Source: Octopus bimaculoides (Eukaryota). From it: a stretch of DNA of 64,000 bases. The position numbers and the translations under genes were made by a program. The DNA is taken from positions 11,443,848-11,507,847 of the forward strand of contig NC_068988.1 of NCBI RefSeq assembly GCF_001194135.2, written 5' to 3'. Of the stretch, positions 38,243-51,332 are shown piece after piece; position 1 is the first letter of the stretch, and the number at the start of each line of letters is the position of its first letter. The notes under the pieces are model-generated. The model saw nothing but the letters and a program-made list of their open reading frames with translations, was not told the origin of the DNA and did not search any database.

Positions 38243-39826
38243 CACACACACACATTATATATATATATAATCCAAGAAAGTTAGGAGTTGTGAATCCGAC
38301 CCACTAAGGGATAATATCTATCCAATATAGTGCTAGATGGATGCCGAATTATTATTACACTAGTGTTTTTACCAAGTGTAATAAGTGGGTGCGGGTAAAA
38401 GGAAATTTGACCCTAAATTTCTACACGTATTCCCCTCCATTTTCTTATTGCTATATATATATATATNNNNNNNNNNNNNNNNNNNNNNNNNNNNNNNNNN
38501 TATATATGTATATAAAGTAGTAAATGAAATAATTATGTATATACGTATTCTGTGGTAATTTTCTAATTTCAGGGTTGAAATGAAAGGGAACAGAAGATAA
38601 AAGAAAATAGTCTCGTAACGTTTATAAGAGATTGACAAGCAGCAACTGATAAACAACATAAAAGAATGGGGGAGGGATGCAAACATAGAAAATAATTCAA
38701 GAAACATCGAGAGCAGGATGAGGAAAAGTAGAAGAAATCTTGGATGATTAGAGAGAACAAAAGCTGAACGTGAGTGGTTTGGAAATTAAATTTGCAACAC
38801 ACGGGAGCTAAAGCATGCATCCATATTTACTGTAGTAAGACAGGATAGGAGAATAGAAGGAAAAAAGGTTGATAAGTTAAAGAAAAACTTCAGAAGAAGA
38901 ACCTTTTGCGAAACTTTGGAACTTCCTCTGCCCACGGCATAAAGTTTTACTGCATTCTGTCAATCTTTCCATCAGATACAGTTGCTTGCAGACATATACC
39001 ACCGCCAAACACCTCGAATTCATTTTTATTTGATATACATATTTTGTGATTGCATGCAAGCATCTGTGTGTGTGTGAGTGGTATTTGTGTGTGTGTCTGC
39101 GTTTGTAAATATATTTGACGGTGTGAACCCGTAAGACATACAGCTTTCGATTACATCAAAAACCTAACTTACCGATTCAATAAATATAAATCGATAAAAT
39201 AAGTACCGTACTAAATTAAGCAGCGGGTCGATACGATCGTGTAAAACCCTTCAAGCTGGTGCAGCAATATGGGCCTAGTCCAATAACTTCAACCAACAAA
39301 ACATGAAGGCGGAATATATGCACACACATATTAATATGAATACGTATATTCACACCCATATATATCAATACATATATACACACACACACACACACATATA
39401 TATAACGCATGCATTAATATAGAAAGAGATTTATATGCACTTATATAAATATATGTCCAGTAATTGTACATAATTGATTTCAAAGTATATGTGATCGATA
39501 CTTCATATGAAAGAAATAATCTTTAACATACACCCATGCCAAAATAACACAGGCGCATGGAATATATACATATACACATAAAGAGCAACATAGGAATGTT
39601 TGTATGCACATTTACACATACGTATAAATACACAGATACATATGTACGTCCAGAAGAGAGGATTTTCATACGTGTGCTTAGACGTTAACACAGGGCTTAG
39701 TTTGAGTTGCCCACAGATATTAGCTTACGATAGCATATATATATATATACATATATCTGTTTCTTTTATCTACCTATCAAGCTAGCTAGCTATAAATGCA
39801 TGTATACATATGTATGTGTACGCATG

Positions 39827-39883
<57 letters not shown>

Positions 39884-40101
39884 TACGAGGGGTTCTCGAA
39901 AAGTTCCTGGCTTTAAGGGTGTTGCGAAAGACCCAGTTGGACGCCCGACCTCCCGAGTTCTTTTACAAGGTTTAGAAAAAACTGAAGGACCGCTACAATA
40001 AGTGTGTGAATGTGAGACGGGAATATGTTGAATAAAATCACAATAAACTAATCCTCCTGTTTTCTTTTGCCCAAACCAGGAGCTAGTCAGCACCACTCGT
40101 A
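39884..40101 (+). mobile_element. mariner-derived MITE retaining the transposase C-terminus
   Basis: TIRs TAcgaggggttctcgaaaagttcctggcttt and aaaccaggagctagtcagcaccactcgTA; internal LEKLKDRYNKCVNVRREYVE* resembles mariner KL..RW.KC....G.YVE. Confidence 0.82.
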
Positions 40102-40324
40102 CATAACTTTAATGTTCAATTACATGTAAAACTTACTACTGTATGAGAGCTCCTGTGTTTCTAATGTTATCCTAGCCCGGAAAACATTCAAAAGCGTTTC
40201 AGTCATCCAATGCTGCGGGTAAATAACCGCCTTGCCGAAACGTATGTAGGAACTAATAATTTTTACTTGTGTTTATTTTAATTTTCCACTACATCTTCTC
40301 TGTTTATCATAACAGGTATCTTCT

Positions 40325-40543
40325 TCTATTCTTTTACTTGTTTCAGTCATTTGATTGCGGTGATGCTGGAGCACCAACCGGAACTGTTTTTAGTGGAAAA
40401 AGTCGACCCCAGGACTTATTTTTAAGCTGAATATTTATTATATCGGTTTCTTGGTCGAAACGCTAGATAACGGGGACGTAAAGACATCAAAAGTGGTTGT
40501 AAAGTGGCGATGATTGGGGACAAACACCGACACAAAGACACAC

Positions 40544-40575
<32 letters not shown>

Positions 40576-40720
40576 GTACGACGGGCTTCTTTCAGTTTGC
40601 GTCTATTAAATTCACTAACAAGCCTTTGGTCGGCCCGAGGCGATAGAAGACACTAAAGGTGCCACGCAGTGAGACTGAATCCAGAACCATGTGACTGGGA
40701 AGCAAGCTTCTAACTACATG
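40325..40720 (-). mobile_element. SINE family A
   Basis: Full set of family A modules in reverse complement. Confidence 0.85.
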
Positions 40721-40729
40721 CATTTCATA

Positions 40730-41330
40730 AGTCCGTCCACAGTTACCGGCTACCATATGCCATCATACAACATATCCTTTTACTGGATATGCATGTGGAA
40801 ATTCGTTAGTATAGGTAGAATTCATACAAAATAATCAGAATACAAGAAGAAGGAATGAAAAAGCTTCAAGCACAAATCCCAACAATTGTTTCTAACAGCT
40901 GTTTCTAATGCATAGAAACGAGTGTTGTGATTTGGACTAAAGCCTGTTCATTCCATCTTGTATCATATAGATAAATATATATAACCTTTAAGATCTTAGT
41001 CCGTATTCCTGGGTTGATTAAAATACAGTCCGTAGTATCCATAAATGTTGGGTAAGTTATATTCATGCGTTCATTTTTTATACAAACATAGATATATAGG
41101 CAGGATTGGGGAACATTTGGGTTAGTCCATCTCTTTTATTGATTTGGTCAAGAAGAGAAAATGTACACCGTCTTCAGTCACTTAGTAGGAAAAGTAATTG
41201 AAATTAAATAGAAGAATTCTAATTATTTTGTAGTTAATAAGTATCTTGAAATTTCAGTCAGATGATGATAATATTTCGGAGGACATTTCAATGCATCGCT
41301 GTGAAATCGAATTGGAAACTCTGAGAATTA
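40730..41330 (-). mobile_element. Possible heavily decayed Penelope-like RT remnant
   Basis: Minus-strand pieces NSISQRCIE, IRILLFNFNYFSY, QINKRDGL..P..AYISMF and an IP(F)L.IL-like segment occur in PLE RT order; all are weak. Confidence 0.4.
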
Positions 41331-41672
41331 CGATAGAGTTTCTCAGTAGAGAAAGCTACCTCGACTAATCTCTCCGTCCCTCTGTCTCCTCTTGTCTCTC
41401 ACTTTATATATATATGTATACACACGCACGCACACACACACAGACACACAGCAACATATATAGAAAATGTGATTAGATAGATAGATAGATAGATAGATAT
41501 CTCTATCTGTCCGCCAGTCTAATCTCTCCCCTTTTCTTTCTATGCGTGTGTGATCTTTTGTACATAGATACATACCTAATACATACATACATACATACAT
41601 ACATACATACATACATACGTACATACATACATATGTTTGCAGAGAGAGAGATAAAGAGAGAGAGAGAGAGAT

Positions 41673-41722
<50 letters not shown>

Positions 41723-42303
41723 ACCGAGAGAGTTTTATTTCCTTATCCAGACGAACATGTAATTATTACGTTTTCCCTTTTGGTTACTTCTCTTGATTGA
41801 ATATCTTATATATTTAGCTATGGATATGGCAGAGGTCATGTGTTTGCATGTGCGCCTACGCAACTGTATAAACATACATGTGAGTGTGTGCATGGGTATG
41901 CGTGTGTATATGTGTATGTGTACAGAAATACAAATAATTTCATAGACACATACAGTCTAAAGGTCAAGAATAGAAATGGATTGTGAGCCAATATATACTG
42001 CAGCAGACTTTGCTATGGACGGCGATCTAGAAACTGACCATGGAACGTTCGGCTCACCTGGCTGCAGCGGACTGATCATGTGATAAAATGAGGTTAATGA
42101 CGTTCAACGGCAGATATAGGGTCGGCTCCATTCGAGCGCGACTATGATCAAAGCATTCCCAACCGCGACAAAACCATCAAGTCTGCGTGATGCGCCTAAT
42201 GCTTCGAATTTTTTTCTGCTTTTCGTTTTTAAGACCTTTGGGGATGATTTGTAGCAATTTGAGCTGCTATTAATCTATAGTCTATATCCCATTTTGGCAT
42301 TTA

Positions 42304-42372
<69 letters not shown>

Positions 42373-43422
42373 TACAGGAGTGGGACAAAATGATGGAAAC
42401 ACCTAGCATCATAACATTATAATATTCAGATATCTATAAAACCGTCAAAAGCTTGTTTATTTTTATGTTTTTGATTTATTATTTGTCTTGCTTAATATGT
42501 TTTGCTAAAATTGCTGTTTCTTTTCAGATATCATCAAAAAACTTTAATTAAAATTCATCAAAATGACAGATCTATCAGACTTTCAAAGAGGTCAAATTGT
42601 TGGTGCCCGTATGGCAGGAGCAAACGCAACGAAAACAGCCAAATTGTTTGGTGTATCAAGAAATACTTTCTCGAATGTAATGACAGCTTTTGAGAAAGAG
42701 GGAAAAAATCTCCTCGTCGAAACAAAACTCCGAAAGTAATCCAAAACTTTCAGGTAGGGACCGTCGGACTGTTACGCGAATTATTAGAAAGGATCACAAA
42801 AGTACAGAGCTTAATGACTGCAGAGCTTAATGACCACCTCGAGAACCCAGTTTCCACAAACACCGTTCGCCAGGAGCTGCACAAAACTGGATTTCACGGG
42901 AGGGCTGCAGTCAGAAAACCATGACTTTCAAAAACAAACGTTGCAAAGCGTTTAGAGTGAAGTAAAAACCTGCAGAATTGGTCCCTAGAGCAGTGGAAGA
43001 ATGTTATTTTCTCGGACGAGTAATTCTTTACCTTATTTCCGACTACAGGCCGGCCAAGTATACGTGTGGAGACAGTCAAAAGAAGCATTTGACCAAGACT
43101 GCCTTCTTCCAACTGTTAAACATGGAGGAGGATCTGTGATGATCTGGGGGCTATATCTTGGAAATCTGCCGGCCCAATGGTTTCCCTTCATGGCAGAATC
43201 AATAGTCAAGACTATTTAAGCATTTTATCTGATCAAATTCATCCTATTGTTACGGAACGGTTTCCGGATGTAAACGCAATCTTTCAGGATGATAATGCAA
43301 CAATTCACACAGCTAAAATTTATTACTGAACGGCACGAGGAATATTCTAGTGAAGTTGAACATCTTATATGGCCACCAAAAGTCCCCAGATCTCTATATT
43401 ATTGAACATTTATGGAGTATCT
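42373..43422 (+). mobile_element. Tc1-family (DD34E) transposon, 3'-truncated, pseudogenised transposase
   Basis: 5' TIR TAcaggagtgggacaaaatgatggaaacacct; ATG at 42563 gives MTDLSDFQRGQIVGARMAGA..; later GRAAVRKP, WKNVIFSDE, TVKHGGGSVMIWG, FQDDNA, WPPKSPDLYIIEHLW. Stops and frameshifts present; no right TIR found. Confidence 0.95.
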
Positions 43423-43456
43423 AAGTAAGAGCTACAGACAGGTTGACATAGCGTGA

Positions 43457-43684
43457 GAGCGATTGCAGCGTTAAAGACAGAAGTTAGCCATTCAGGAACG
43501 CACGAAGGCCGTCGACTTCACTTAAACGTTTATTTGGTAAAACAGTTTTGACAGTGAACAACATGTTGTAGTTTCGAACGACAAAAATTTTGTCATCATA
43601 TTACAAGTAAGCGTCTAAGTGAACTTGACGTTCTTCGAGTGCTTCTTCGCGGAGAACTTCTGTCTTTTCATGCTACAATCGCTC
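43457..43684. repeat. Degenerate ~230-bp palindrome (fold-back)
   Basis: Left arm gagcgattgcagcgttaaagacagaagtt..cgtcgacttcacttaaacgtttatttgg aligns with the reverse complement of the right arm gagcgattgtagcatgaaaagacagaagtt..cgtcaagttcacttagacgcttacttgt. Confidence 0.85.
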
Positions 43685-44174
43685 GATCTCCAGTGAAAAA
43701 TTCATAAGCAAACACCTTTGTTTTGTATGACAGCCACTCCTACCAAAATTCTTACTATAAATTCTTCCTATATCCAACCACACATATACATAAACAGCCA
43801 CAACCACACACACACACACACACACACACACGCGCGCACATAAACGGGCTATCATTACACACACACACACACAGACCTACGAGGACGCACATACCCACAC
43901 ATACCTTCTTCTCTTGCACTCTCCTGTCTTAGAAATAACTTTTTCTTCATCCATTCCCTTCCGGTCATTTCAAAATGTGACCGCGTGTGTATCGTTGGCG
44001 ATTTTCTTTCTCCATCTTCCCTTCTTTGGATTTTTTCTAAATTCCTGATGAAGAGCTCCACTCGAAATGTGAAGTCCTCCTTCTTTTCTTTCCTTTCCTG
44101 TACTTGTACCACATCCTCGCGTTGTTGTTCTTTCTTGCTTGTTGTTTGGATTGACTATATATATATACACATAC

Positions 44175-44349
44175 ACTTTTCTTTTATTATTTTACTTGTT
44201 TCAATCATTTGCCTACGGCCATACTGGAGAGCCACGTTTTAGTCTAAGAAATACACCACTGGACTTATTCTTTGTAAGCCTGGTACAAGGACTTGTGAGT
44301 GGATTTGGTAGACGGAAACTGAAAGAAGCCCGTCATATATATATATATG

Positions 44350-44441
<92 letters not shown>

Positions 44442-44447
44442 TGTGTG

Positions 44448-44478
<31 letters not shown>

Positions 44479-44675
44479 TTGTCCCCCAACATCGTTTGAC
44501 AACCGATGCTGGTGTGTTTACGTCCCCGCAACCTAGCGGTTCGGCAAAATAAGACCGATAGAATAAGTTCTAGGCTTACAAGGAATAAGTCCTGGGGTCG
44601 ATTTACTCGACTAACTAAAGGCGGTGCTCCAGCATTGCCGCAGTCAAACGACTGAAACAAATAAAGAGTGAAAGA
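44175..44675 (+). mobile_element. SINE A 3' two-thirds (44286-44675) preceded by an inverted copy of a SINE A 3' end (44175-44285)
   Basis: ttttacttgtttcaatc..ggacttattctttgtaagcctggtac directly abuts ttgtgagtggatttggtagacggaaactgaaagaagcccgtc. Confidence 0.8.
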
Positions 44676-45164
44676 GTAAAGAGTATATATGTATATATTA
44701 GAGAGAGAAAGAGAGACACAGAGAGAAAAAAAGTGATCATGCGTATGTGTGTAAGAGTGTGTGTATGTATGTATATATGTATGTATGTACCGTTCTTCAA
44801 CAGTAACTTGAGTCTAACGTAATAACGATGGCCACCAATTTTGATTGGAAGTGGACCGCCTCTTCATCAATAGATTATACACTGATATATCGGCATCTAG
44901 TTACACCATAGCGAGCAGAGATAGCAGTTATGGAAGAGCGGAGGTGTCAGAAGGAGCTTTTCCTTTATAATTTTGTGCCGCAACACAAATTATTCTGTAC
45001 TTCGATTCCTCACAGCATGTTATTTTTGGCCGACATTTTTGATATTCAGAATTGATGTTTTTTTAGAAATGATTATATGGTTAATAATTAATGCGTGTTT
45101 GGTAATTGCGTTACATAAACCCGCACATACAGTTTCACTAATACATACATAGATACATACATAA

Positions 45165-45354
45165 TCTTTTACCTGTTTCAGTCATTTGACAGCGACCATG
45201 CTGGAGCATTGCCTTAAAGGAATTTATTCGAAGAAATCGTCTCCAGTACTTATGTCTATCAGTGTGGTACTTCTATCGGTATCTTTTGCCAAACTGCGAA
45301 GTTACATGGATGCAAACAACATAACACCGGTACAAAATGGTTAGCGGCACGTAG

Positions 45355-45393
<39 letters not shown>

Positions 45394-46098
45394 TACACAC
45401 ACACACACACACATATATATATAGTATAAGTGCAGGGGTGGCTGCATGGTAAGAAGCCTGCTTCCCAACCAACATGTTTCCGAGTTCAGTCTCATTGCAT
45501 GGTAACCTGGGCAAATGTCTTTTACAATATTCTCAGGCTGATCAAAGACTTGTGAATAGATTTGGTCGACGGAAACCGAAAGAAGCCCGTCTTATATAGA
45601 CATACATATAATTATGTGTATGCATGTCTGTGTGTATGTCTGTGTGTGTGTGTGTATGTGCGTGTGTGAATGAGTGAGTGTCTTTGTGTCTCTGTCTGTC
45701 GCTGCTTTCCATCGATTGACAACCGATGTTGGTGTTTTTACGTCCCCATAATTTTGCGGCCCGGCAAAAGACGCCGACAGAATATGTACCATGTTTTTAA
45801 AACACAAATACTGAGGTCGATTGTCGATTCATTCGACTAATATTCTTCAAGGCAATGCCCCAGCATGGCCGTAATCTAACGAAAGAAAACATAGGGTAGT
45901 GCTCCAGCATTGCCGCAGCCACATGACTGAAACGAGTAAAAGAGAGAAAGAGAGTGTGTGTATAGTAATCCAGTCACAAGGCTTTGGTCGGCCCGAGACT
46001 ATATAGTAAAAGACACTTGACCAAGGTGCCGCGCGGTTGGACTGAACCCGGAATCATGTGGTTCGTAAGCAGGCTACTTACCACACAGCCACTCCTAC
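45165..46098. mobile_element. Cluster of SINE A pieces: minus 45165-45355, plus 45432-45885, plus tail 45895-45945, minus head 45975-46098
   Basis: Family modules recognisable in both orientations. Confidence 0.8.
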
Positions 46099-46598
46099 GT
46101 ATATATATATATATATATNNNNNNNNNNNNNNNNNNNNNNNNNNNNNNNNNNNNNNNNNNNNNNNNNNNNNNNNNNNNNNNNNNNNNNNNNNNNNNNNNN
46201 NNNNNNNNNNNNNNNNNNNNNNNNNNNNNNNNNNNNNNNNNNNNNNNNNNNNNNNNNNNNNNNNNNNNNNNNNNNNNNNNNNNNNNNNNNNNNNNNNNNN
46301 NNNNNNNNNNNNNNNNNNNNNNNNNNNNNNNNNNNNNNNNNNNNNNNNNNNNNNNNNNNNNNNNNNNNNNNNNNNTATATATAAATAAAGGGAATGAGAA
46401 AAGACACATTCCATAATATAGTCCTAGCTATACCAGGAAAACGCCGTGTTGGTCGCAGGGAGGGATATATTTGACCATCGGCTGTCTCTTCCAGTTTTCC
46501 TATATACCGTTCAAACAAGCACAGAATCATCAAGAAACACATCATCTCTATCATCGTCTTCATAATCATATTCATCAGAATCATTGTCGTCGTCGCAG

Positions 46599-46639
<41 letters not shown>

Positions 46640-46655
46640 TTTTGTCATTGTTATT

Positions 46656-46860
46656 AAGGCGGTGAGCTGGCAGGATCCTTAGTACGCTGGACGAAATGAC
46701 TAGCGGTATTTCGTCCGTCGCTACGTTCTGAGTTCAAATTCCGCCGAGGTCGACTCTTCCTTTCATCCTTTCTGGATCGATAAATTAAGTACCAACAGAA
46801 TTCTGAGATCGATGCAGTTGGCTGGTCCCCTCCCCAAACATTCCAGGCCTTGTCATTAAT
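46656..46860 (+). mobile_element. SINE family B
   Basis: aaggcggtgagctggcagga (A box)..ctgagttcaaattccgccgaggtcgact (B box)..ctttcatcctttctggatcgataaattaagtacc. Confidence 0.88.
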
Positions 46861-47070
46861 GTTACCATTGTTGTAATCACGAACAAGAAGACAACCACGT
46901 CACAGGACATAGTCTGGCGTTAAGAATAAAACGATTGCGCTGGTGGAGCTCATGTTGAATTCATTTAGAGAAACAACTGGAGGGTCATGGATGGAATGCT
47001 TGAGAGTAATGATCTGCTCGATTAAGACTGACCTGGGGTTAAATAATCAACAGTAGCAATCACAGGAATA

Positions 47071-47240
47071 AATGTGGCTGTGTGGTAAGAACCGTGGTTC
47101 CCAACGACTTGACTCCGGGTTCAGTCCCACTGCATTGCAATCTTGGGCAAGCGTGTTCTACTGTAGCCTCGGGCTGACCAAAACCCTGTGAGTGGATTTG
47201 GTAAACGGAAACTGAAAGAAGTCCCGTGTATGTGTATGTG

Positions 47241-47287
<47 letters not shown>

Positions 47288-47291
47288 CCTC

Positions 47292-47337
<46 letters not shown>

Positions 47338-47600
47338 CCTCGCGTGTGTGTGTGTGTGTGTGTATGTGTGTGTGTGTGCGTGCTTACGTATGCGTAGTTG
47401 CGACTGTGCTTTTACATGTGTCTTACCTCGACGCTGCCTGCTAACCGGTGTTAGTGTGCTTACGTTCCCGTGACTTAGAGGTTCGGTAAGAAAAAGTCTG
47501 AAGAAAAAAAGTAAGCATTGGTGTCCATTCATTCGGCAAAAGTTCTCCAAGGTGATGCCCCAGCATGGCCGCATTCTAGCGACTCAAACAAATAAAATAT
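47071..47600 (+). mobile_element. SINE family A with duplicated internal aaagaagcctcgc-(GT)n unit
   Basis: Head gtggctgtgtggtaagaa..cgggttcagtcccactgc; gtgaaagaagcctcgcgtgtg at ~47278 and ~47328. Confidence 0.85.
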
Positions 47601-47614
47601 AATACTAATAATGT

Positions 47615-48306
47615 AGACAGAAGACCTGAAATTTTGTGGGATAGACTCGTGAATGACGTCGACCCCAGTTATCAGCTGGTACTTATTTTATCGACCCCTC
47701 CCTCTAAAAAAAACGGATAAATGGCATAGTCGACCTAGGTGGAATTCGAACTCATAAATATGCCGACAAGCATTTGGCCCCGTGTGCTAAAGATTCTGCC
47801 AGCTTAGAACTTTAATACGACTAATATCTGTAATCAGATTTCATATTCCGGTATCATCATCATCATCATCATCATCATCATCGTTGTTTTCATCGCCACC
47901 ATCATCATCAACATCATTAACTTCATCATCATCATTATCACCATCACTACTATCATCAATGATTATGATTATCGACAGCACCACCATCATCAACGTGAAC
48001 ATAATCACCAACATCATGATCGTCATGATCATCATACTAATCATCATCATCGTCGTCATCATCATCAATTTCTGTATTGTCCACAGGGAGAAGGGCTAAA
48101 CATGGGGTGGGGAGAGAAAACAAGGACAGACAAAGGGATTAATTCGACTACATCGACCCCAGTGCGTAACTGATCTTTATTTTATCGACCCCGAACGGGT
48201 GAAAGGCAAAGCCGACCTCAGCGGAGCTTGAACTCAGAACGTAACGGCAGACGAAATACCGCTTAGCATTTCGCCCGGCGTGCTAACGTTTCTGCCGGCT
48301 CGCCGA
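47615..48306 (-). mobile_element. Two SINE B copies (47615-47805 old; 48070-48306 less diverged)
   Basis: tcgaccccagtgcgtaactg..ttatcgaccccgaacgggtgaaaggcaaagccgacctcagcgga..gaactcagaacgtaacggcagacgaaataccgcttagcatttcgcccggcgtgctaacg. Confidence 0.88.
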
Positions 48307-48594
48307 CATCATCATCATCATCATCATCATCAACAACTGAAATAAACCCAACTGCTCCCCTGAGGTTCTGGTTTAACCCGCAACCAGGTCCAAAACTCAA
48401 AAATAACTACATAAATAATGGAAGGCCTATGGTAAACAGCGCGCCACCCGGGACCATCTCGCCTTTTTATTTACTCACACTGCACTCATTCTACAAAGCC
48501 CTGCAGCTTGTGATTTAAGCAGGATTTGCCTGCTATTTTTAGCAGGTCACCCGTCCACATAGAGGCTCCGCTTTGTTATTACTGTTTGTTGCTA

Positions 48595-48977
48595 TCGGGT
48601 GTTGTTGTTGTTGTTGTTCTTAATAGTATTAATGGTGGTGGTGGTGGCTGTGGTGGTAGTTGTGGTGGTGGTTAATAGCAATAGTTATTGTAGTAGTTCT
48701 GATAGTGTTTGGGGTGGTCTATGTAGTAGTAGTAGCAGCTGCAGCAGCAGCAGTAGTAGTAGTAGTAGTAGTAGTAGTAATAGTAGGAGTAGAAGAAGAA
48801 GAAATAGTAGCAGTAGTAATAGTGGTAGTAGTTTTTGTTATTGTGGTGGTGGGGTTGATGGTCGTAGTGGTGGCTTTTGTTTTTATTGTTCATAGTAGTA
48901 ATGGGATGCCGGTCGTAATTTTAGTAGTGGTAGTAGTAGTAGTAGTAGTAGCAGCAGCAGCTGTAGATGTTATTGTG

Positions 48978-49019
<42 letters not shown>

Positions 49020-49241
49020 ATAGTATTATTATTATTATTAGTAGTAGTAGTAGTAGTAGTAGTAGATGTTATTGTGTTGGTGATGGTAGTAGCAGTAGTA
49101 GTACCGGCTGTAGTATTGGGACACCGGTGGTCATTTCATGAGTAGTGGTAGTAACTGTTGTTGCTGTTGTTGTTGTTGTCCTGCTTGTTGTGGTTGTTTA
49201 AGTGGTCGGGATGGCGGCGGAGCGGCGGGTAGTTGTGTTGA

Positions 49242-49275
<34 letters not shown>

Positions 49276-50253
49276 GGTGGTGGTGGCTGTTGTTTTTATT
49301 GGTATCAGCAGCAATAGTGAGTCGTAGTCGTAGTAGAAGTTGTAGTATTGGGATGCCGGTGGTTGGTTGGTTTGTTAGTAGTAGTAGTCGTAGTAGTAGT
49401 AGTNNNNNNNNNNNNNNNNNNNNNNNNNNNNNNNNNNNNNNNNNNNNNNNNNNNNNNNNNNNNNNNNNNNNNNNNNNNNNNNNNNNNNNNNNNNNNNNNN
49501 NNNNNNNNNNNNNNNNNNNNNNNNNNNNNNNNNNNNNNNNNNNNNNNNNNNNNNNNNNNNNNNNNNNNNNNNNNNNNNNNNNNNNNNNNNNNNNNNNNNN
49601 NNNNNNNNNNNNNNNNNNNNNNNNNNNNNNNNNNNNNNNNNNNNNNNNNNNNNNNNNNNNNNNNNNNNNNNNNNNNNNNNNNNNNNNNNNNNNNNNNNNN
49701 NNNNNNNNNNNNNNNNNNNNNNNNNNNNNNNNNNNNNNNNNNNNNNNNNNNNNNNNNNNNNNNNNNNNNNNNNNNNNNNNNNNNNNNNNNNNNNNNNNNN
49801 NNNNNNNNNNNNNNNNNNNNNNNNNNNNNNNNNNNNNNNNNNNNNNNNNNNNNNNNNNNNNNNNNNNNNNNNNNNNNNNNNNNNNNNNNNNNNNNNNNNN
49901 NNNNNNNNNNNNNNNNNNNNNNNNNNNNNNNNNNNNNNNNNNNNNNNNNNNNNNNNNNNNNNNNNNNNNNNNNNNNNNNNNNNNNNNNNNNNNNNNNNNN
50001 NNNNNNNNNNNNNNNNNNNNNNNNNNNNNNNNNNNNNNNNNNNNNNNNNNNNNNNNNNNNNNNNNNNNNNNNNNNNNNNNTGATGATGATGATGACGGTG
50101 ATGATGATGATGATGATGGTGGTCATGATGATGATGATGAGGGTGACGATGATGATGATGATGATGATGATGATGAGGGTGATGATGATGATGATGATAA
50201 TGATGGTGATGATGATGACGGTGGTCATGATGATGATGATGAGGGTGATGATG

Positions 50254-50284
<31 letters not shown>

Positions 50285-50670
50285 CGGTGGTCATGATGAT
50301 GATGATGAGGGTGATGATGATGATGATGATGATGATGATGCCGACGACGATGACGATGATGGTGGTGTTAGTGGTGGTGAAGCTGGTAGCAGTGATGATG
50401 ATGATGATGTCGATGATGATAATAATGCTGATGATGTTACTGTTGCCGCCGGCGCCGATGATGACTATGATGATGCTGATGATGATGATAATGTTGCCGC
50501 TGCTGCTGCCGCCGCCATTAGCGGCGACGACAACGACCACGACGATAATGCCGATGATGATGATGATGATGATGCTATTGCTCCAACCACTGCTGCTGCT
50601 GCCGGTTCTGTAACTGCTGCTGCTGCTGCTGCTGCTGCTACAAGCCACTGCTGCTGCTGCCACTGCTGCT
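48595..50670. repeat. Trinucleotide block (GTA, GTT, GGT, GAT, GCT) with a central gap
   Basis: Direct reading; N-run at 49404-50080. Confidence 0.95.
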
Positions 50671-50897
50671 GCCGTGATAGAAAATACAATATTTAAAAGC
50701 AAGTGCGTGGTTGGTTGGTTGGTGATTTGGTTGGTGGCGCTTTACGGTTTCTCCTTCGGTTACCGTCCAAAGCTAACCCTTTATTTATATTAACAATTTT
50801 GGTCCTTGTTTACCGTTTACACTTTCATACACACATTGCGCTTCACAAGTACATACATATATACAAATATATTCTAACATAAATACATATACATACA

Positions 50898-50928
<31 letters not shown>

Positions 50929-51252
50929 TGATATTCAGTCATATAGTCATTTATACATTTATGTACATATATTGTGATGAGAGAGTGACAAAGATTCTCC
51001 ATCACCATGACATGACCACCACTGTTAAAACAATCCGGTCCTTAGCATAAAGTATAACATACATATACATACTAACACTAATACATATATACATACATAC
51101 ATACATACGTATGTATTTAATTGCCCGTTTTGTCAGAGTCGGTTTCGAATCATTAATTTGGATCCCAGAAACACGAACACGCAAACATATGCACGCACTC
51201 ACACACACACCTGCAAACACACGCATGTAGAATCACATACACAGATAGTATA

Positions 51253-51332
<80 letters not shown>

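Noticed and set aside
42010-42200. GC-richer patch with a minus-strand donor CCAG|GTGAGC and open frame MEPTLYLPLNVINLILSHDQSAAA
   Set aside because: Overlaps an old repeat fragment (gactatgatcaaagcattcc, also near 18620, 46980 and 59190); no homology.
42563-43422. Active Tc1 transposase
   Set aside because: Several stops and frameshifts, and the right TIR is missing.
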